Origin: Tubiluchus corallicola
Lineage: Eukaryota; Animalia; Priapulida
Length of the DNA stretch: 64,000 bases
Assembly: GCA_030141605.1 (NCBI GenBank)
Contig: JAQGDQ010000037.1
Coordinates: forward strand, 186,001 to 250,000
Reading direction: 5' to 3'
In this document: one piece after another, positions 60,382 through 64,000 of the stretch
How the letters are laid out: each line of letters starts with the position of its first letter
Numbering within the stretch: position 1 is the first letter of the stretch
Position numbers and translations under genes: made by a program
The notes under the pieces: generated by a model
Database searches by the model: none
The model's input: only the letters and a program-made list of their open reading frames with translations
What the model was told of the DNA's origin: nothing

Positions 60382-63300
60382 CTGAAAAAATACAAAGTGT
60401 AATTTAGTTAATGAAAAACACCAATGCATGAACTGGCTAAATAAAAAATACTAAATTTCAAATACAATTTGCAAAAATTGAGGATTTAATTAACATACAC
60501 AGATTGGAACTGCATAACTAAACTGAATATGTTGCAACACGAGTTTACAAAAAATTAGCAATTACGTAAGACAGAGGCACAAAAAAGGGGAAAACTTTGG
60601 CTTCATTGGAAGAAACAAAGAATCACCCATTAATGACAATCTTTCCATTGGTGAAACTTAAGGAAAAGCAATTAGTTATACAAATGTAGGCTCCAATGGT
60701 ATCACAACTTTATTTTTTATTTATTTATATTTAAACCGCTCCCCCTTTCTGGGGGCATTATATCTATATTTATAAATTACATAGTGATGTGGGTTGGGAA
60801 ATGTGCACAAAATAGACATGCTAATGAAGGCAAATAAAATCTAAATCAATCCATATTCTGATGCAATTTTAATTTTTTTAACTTTTGTTTGTTGAAAAAA
60901 TGAACCATTAACTTAGTTATCATAGAGTAAAAATTACCTGCAAAATACTAACTTATAAGCGTAATAAAAATACACTAGTTGGGTAAAACACTTAAGCAGC
61001 TGGCCATGGCCTTTATATGGATTCCAAAGTGACAGCAACACACGAACTTTTATTTAGACAATATAATAAATGAGTAATGCACATCTTTACTTTCCCATTA
61101 GTGTAATTAGGGGTCTTCCATTCGAGGACTGCCCAATCCCAAGTCAGGACAAGTGCAATTAGTTCTATGAATACCAAGATTAGTATACTCATAACTAACA
61201 ATGTATTAATAAAAGTGACATTTTTAGAATTAGCAAAAACTTTCACATACATTTACCAACTGCAAACTCCAAGTTAAAAAGCTCTAGTTCAGAAAAGGTC
61301 ATACGAAACATAACATGTGATCTGTCTATTGTCAAAATGTTTGCCAGTCGCTACATTAATTTTGCATATTTATACTCACCTCTTAAAACCTATTATTAAG
61401 ATAGGATAAAATAATATTAGTAATTCCATCCTTCTCTCAGTTTGGAAGCATCTATTTAACCAAGTTTTAGAGGAAAGCCAGAGCGAGGTTTAGGATTAAA
61501 TTTGCACCCAATCTTACAATCCCCCATGCTACATGACTTAAATTGAAACATGGGATTAAGACCCTTAAGTGTACCACTTGTCTTCTGGACATCTGAAGCC
61601 AGCTCTGTCAGAGTATGTATTTGTGGCTCAGGTTCGAAGTGTGATGATTAAGCATGATTAAGCATAGAAACACTGTGGCCGCCAAGCTTTAAAGAATTAG
61701 CACAAAAATGAAATTTCCAACCGTATTGTACAAAAGAGAAACTAATATTGTGACAATGTCTTATTAATACAGATAATGCAGCTCCATTCTTAAGGACAGA
61801 AAGCATAGGCCAATTCCTGGCAGAAAACAGCATTAATATGGTTATATTACAATAATACAACAATAAAAACCAGCAGTCTGGCAATATATATAATTTCCAG
61901 TGGAACCTACTAACCAACAGCTGTATTTAATAGAGTGAGGGGAATGGCCAAATAACCTAATGTGTGCCTGGTAACAAAGTTAAGCAAATGGACCTGTTGG
62001 ACCTGGTTAGTAAATGCATTGGTGAATGCTGGCAAATTGGTCTTGGGCTGTTTCATCACATGTACTTTCTTGCAGCTTCCTTTATTGAAGAGGGCTACAT
62101 GAACATTTAAAAGTGGCTAAGTGCTTTTTAAATGGGAAAATTACTTACTGACATGCTACTACAATTCCTGTGCAATTCATCTCAGAAGAATACCGCTAAT
62201 AAAGAGAAAGGGGTGGGTCCAGCTAGAACCACAACTACACTAGGAGCTACCAACTGCTCCAATGTATTGTAGTATGTTAAAAAATAAACACATGCAAAAA
62301 ACTGGTAAGGCACTGTTCAAAATAGCTGGTGCAATAAACTCACGCTAAATGGTCTTTATAAAATATGGGCTCAACAAGGTATTAAATGCAATGGAGGTTC
62401 AAAAGTTCAAAGTACTTTGTATTATAATTTATGCCTGATTAAACAACGATAAGAATAGACTACTACAGGTTTCAGAAAGTAAGTGGTATTGTTGAAAACG
62501 AGTATTTGAGAAAATGCACTAAGAAAAAACAGCGGGGTTGTAAACTATCAAGGTCAAGAGAATAACAATAAGAAAATTTAATTTTAATAGTAAAGCTATT
62601 ACATTCTACATCTGGTTTTATAGTTTCCTTTATTACAGTGTAAAAACCTGCGCTGGTGGTATAAGCTTGATTCAAAATCATAAAACTAAGACGATTCCTC
62701 ACTAATGGGGCTACCCATGAATAGCAAATATATGCAACCGATGCTATATAATTGGAATTTAAAACAATGATTGATCAGCATTTTATGAAATTTATAATTA
62801 TTCCTAATTTGGCCCTAACTTCAGCTCCAGCTTTTGGGTCTCATAACACAAAACATCTGCATTATGTGTAACACTTCAATAAACATGGCTCTAAAAACCT
62901 TTATTACTGCCAGTGTCAAATCACAAAAGCAGGTAAACACCGTTACACGTTACCACGTGACGGAGACGCGCCAGGTAAGATTAATTACACCAATCTCCTT
63001 AAAAACCATGATTGATCGGTGCTCTCCAAACCAGTCCAATTCATCACAGCTTTACACCGTCTTGCCATTAACTTAATGCCATCTCATCCGATTAATATTT
63101 CAGTAAGTAGTACTTCTTGCGTGATTATCTCTTCCACCCGAGCGAAAAAAATCTGTTTATTATTTTGTCAAAACTTGGCGTATCGGCAAGTAGAGAAAAA
63201 ATCCCCAGAGATGCAGTAAAATATGATTAGCTAAAACAACTCGTTGAAATAAACGTATTTTTGGTAGAAATCAAATTAGTTCGTTCACTTAGTACAGTAT

Positions 63301-64000
63301 CTTAGGAATAACAGCTTAAGTGGAGTATTCACAGAATTAATAAATTTATGTATAATTTAGTAAAGAAATTGCATAATTTGATACAAACCTTGAGGGGTGT
63401 TTGCTGCATTAAGTAACTGGGATGCCTCAATCTGTCTCGAAGGTTTTGGCACTGGGTCAGGAAGTAAAGCACCCCTCTGAATTCCATGTGTCTGGAACAA
63501 CAATGACACTTAACTATTTTTTGCAGCAGCAATTTTAAATTCACACTTCTGTAATTGTGCAGATGTGTAATAACAATACATTATAACTGGTTCCTTAAAA
63601 AGTTTCATTAAAATCTGTTCTTCAAGGAATACAAAATTCTAAAACTGTTTGCATTCAGCATTCAAATTCCATATTGTACAGAAGTCATTATGAACAAAAT
63701 TTATTAATTTAAAAATGTTGAGTAGTGTTTTTGTCACACGTATCACATCATCAGAAACCAAAAGATAAAATAATATAATCAGAGTTTAAACAGAAATTGT
63801 TAATCTGGCTAAAACTAGAGAGTATAATTTTTAAGGTATCTGAAAATAATGTACTTCCTAATATTGCATTTGCACAGTGAAAATAAGTCCAAAAACGTTT
63901 TTAACATATCATTCTTTCAAAATTATGCATAAAAAATTAAACCCACCTTCCTAAAGTAAACTAATTTCATACGAAAAATGCGTATCTTTTTATTGCAGAA

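Noticed and set aside
60400-64000. Further Raver (RRM) exons
   Set aside because: No RNP1/RNP2-bearing exon recognisable; treated as intron, though small exons could be missed

Overview
AT-rich, intron-rich animal (probably invertebrate) genomic DNA, not prokaryotic. (1) The C-terminal two-thirds of nucleoporin Nup155 lies on + as 25 coding exons (588-33774), including one GC-AG intron. (2) Its 12.3-kb intron (15806-28109) hosts two intact antisense nested genes. One is an 8-finger C2H2 zinc-finger gene. The other is a pogo-transposase-derived DNA-binding protein (Brinker/psq-like HTH plus two tandem CENP-B/Tc5 HTH domains, no DDE domain). Both have a single coding exon behind apparently multi-exon leaders with candidate uORFs. 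(3) A TATA-driven, signal-peptide-bearing gene with in-frame stops (likely pseudogene) lies at about 39.4-40.6 kb. (4) The 3' part of a Raver1/2 ortholog lies on - (51035-60381, continuing beyond the exons I could place). The rest holds decayed CR1/L2 LINEs, a Buster/Charlie hAT fragment, a tRNA-derived SINE, many MITE/foldback elements, tandem repeats and microsatellites. Exon boundaries were read by eye from splice sites, phase continuity and recalled human protein sequences; no database searches were run.
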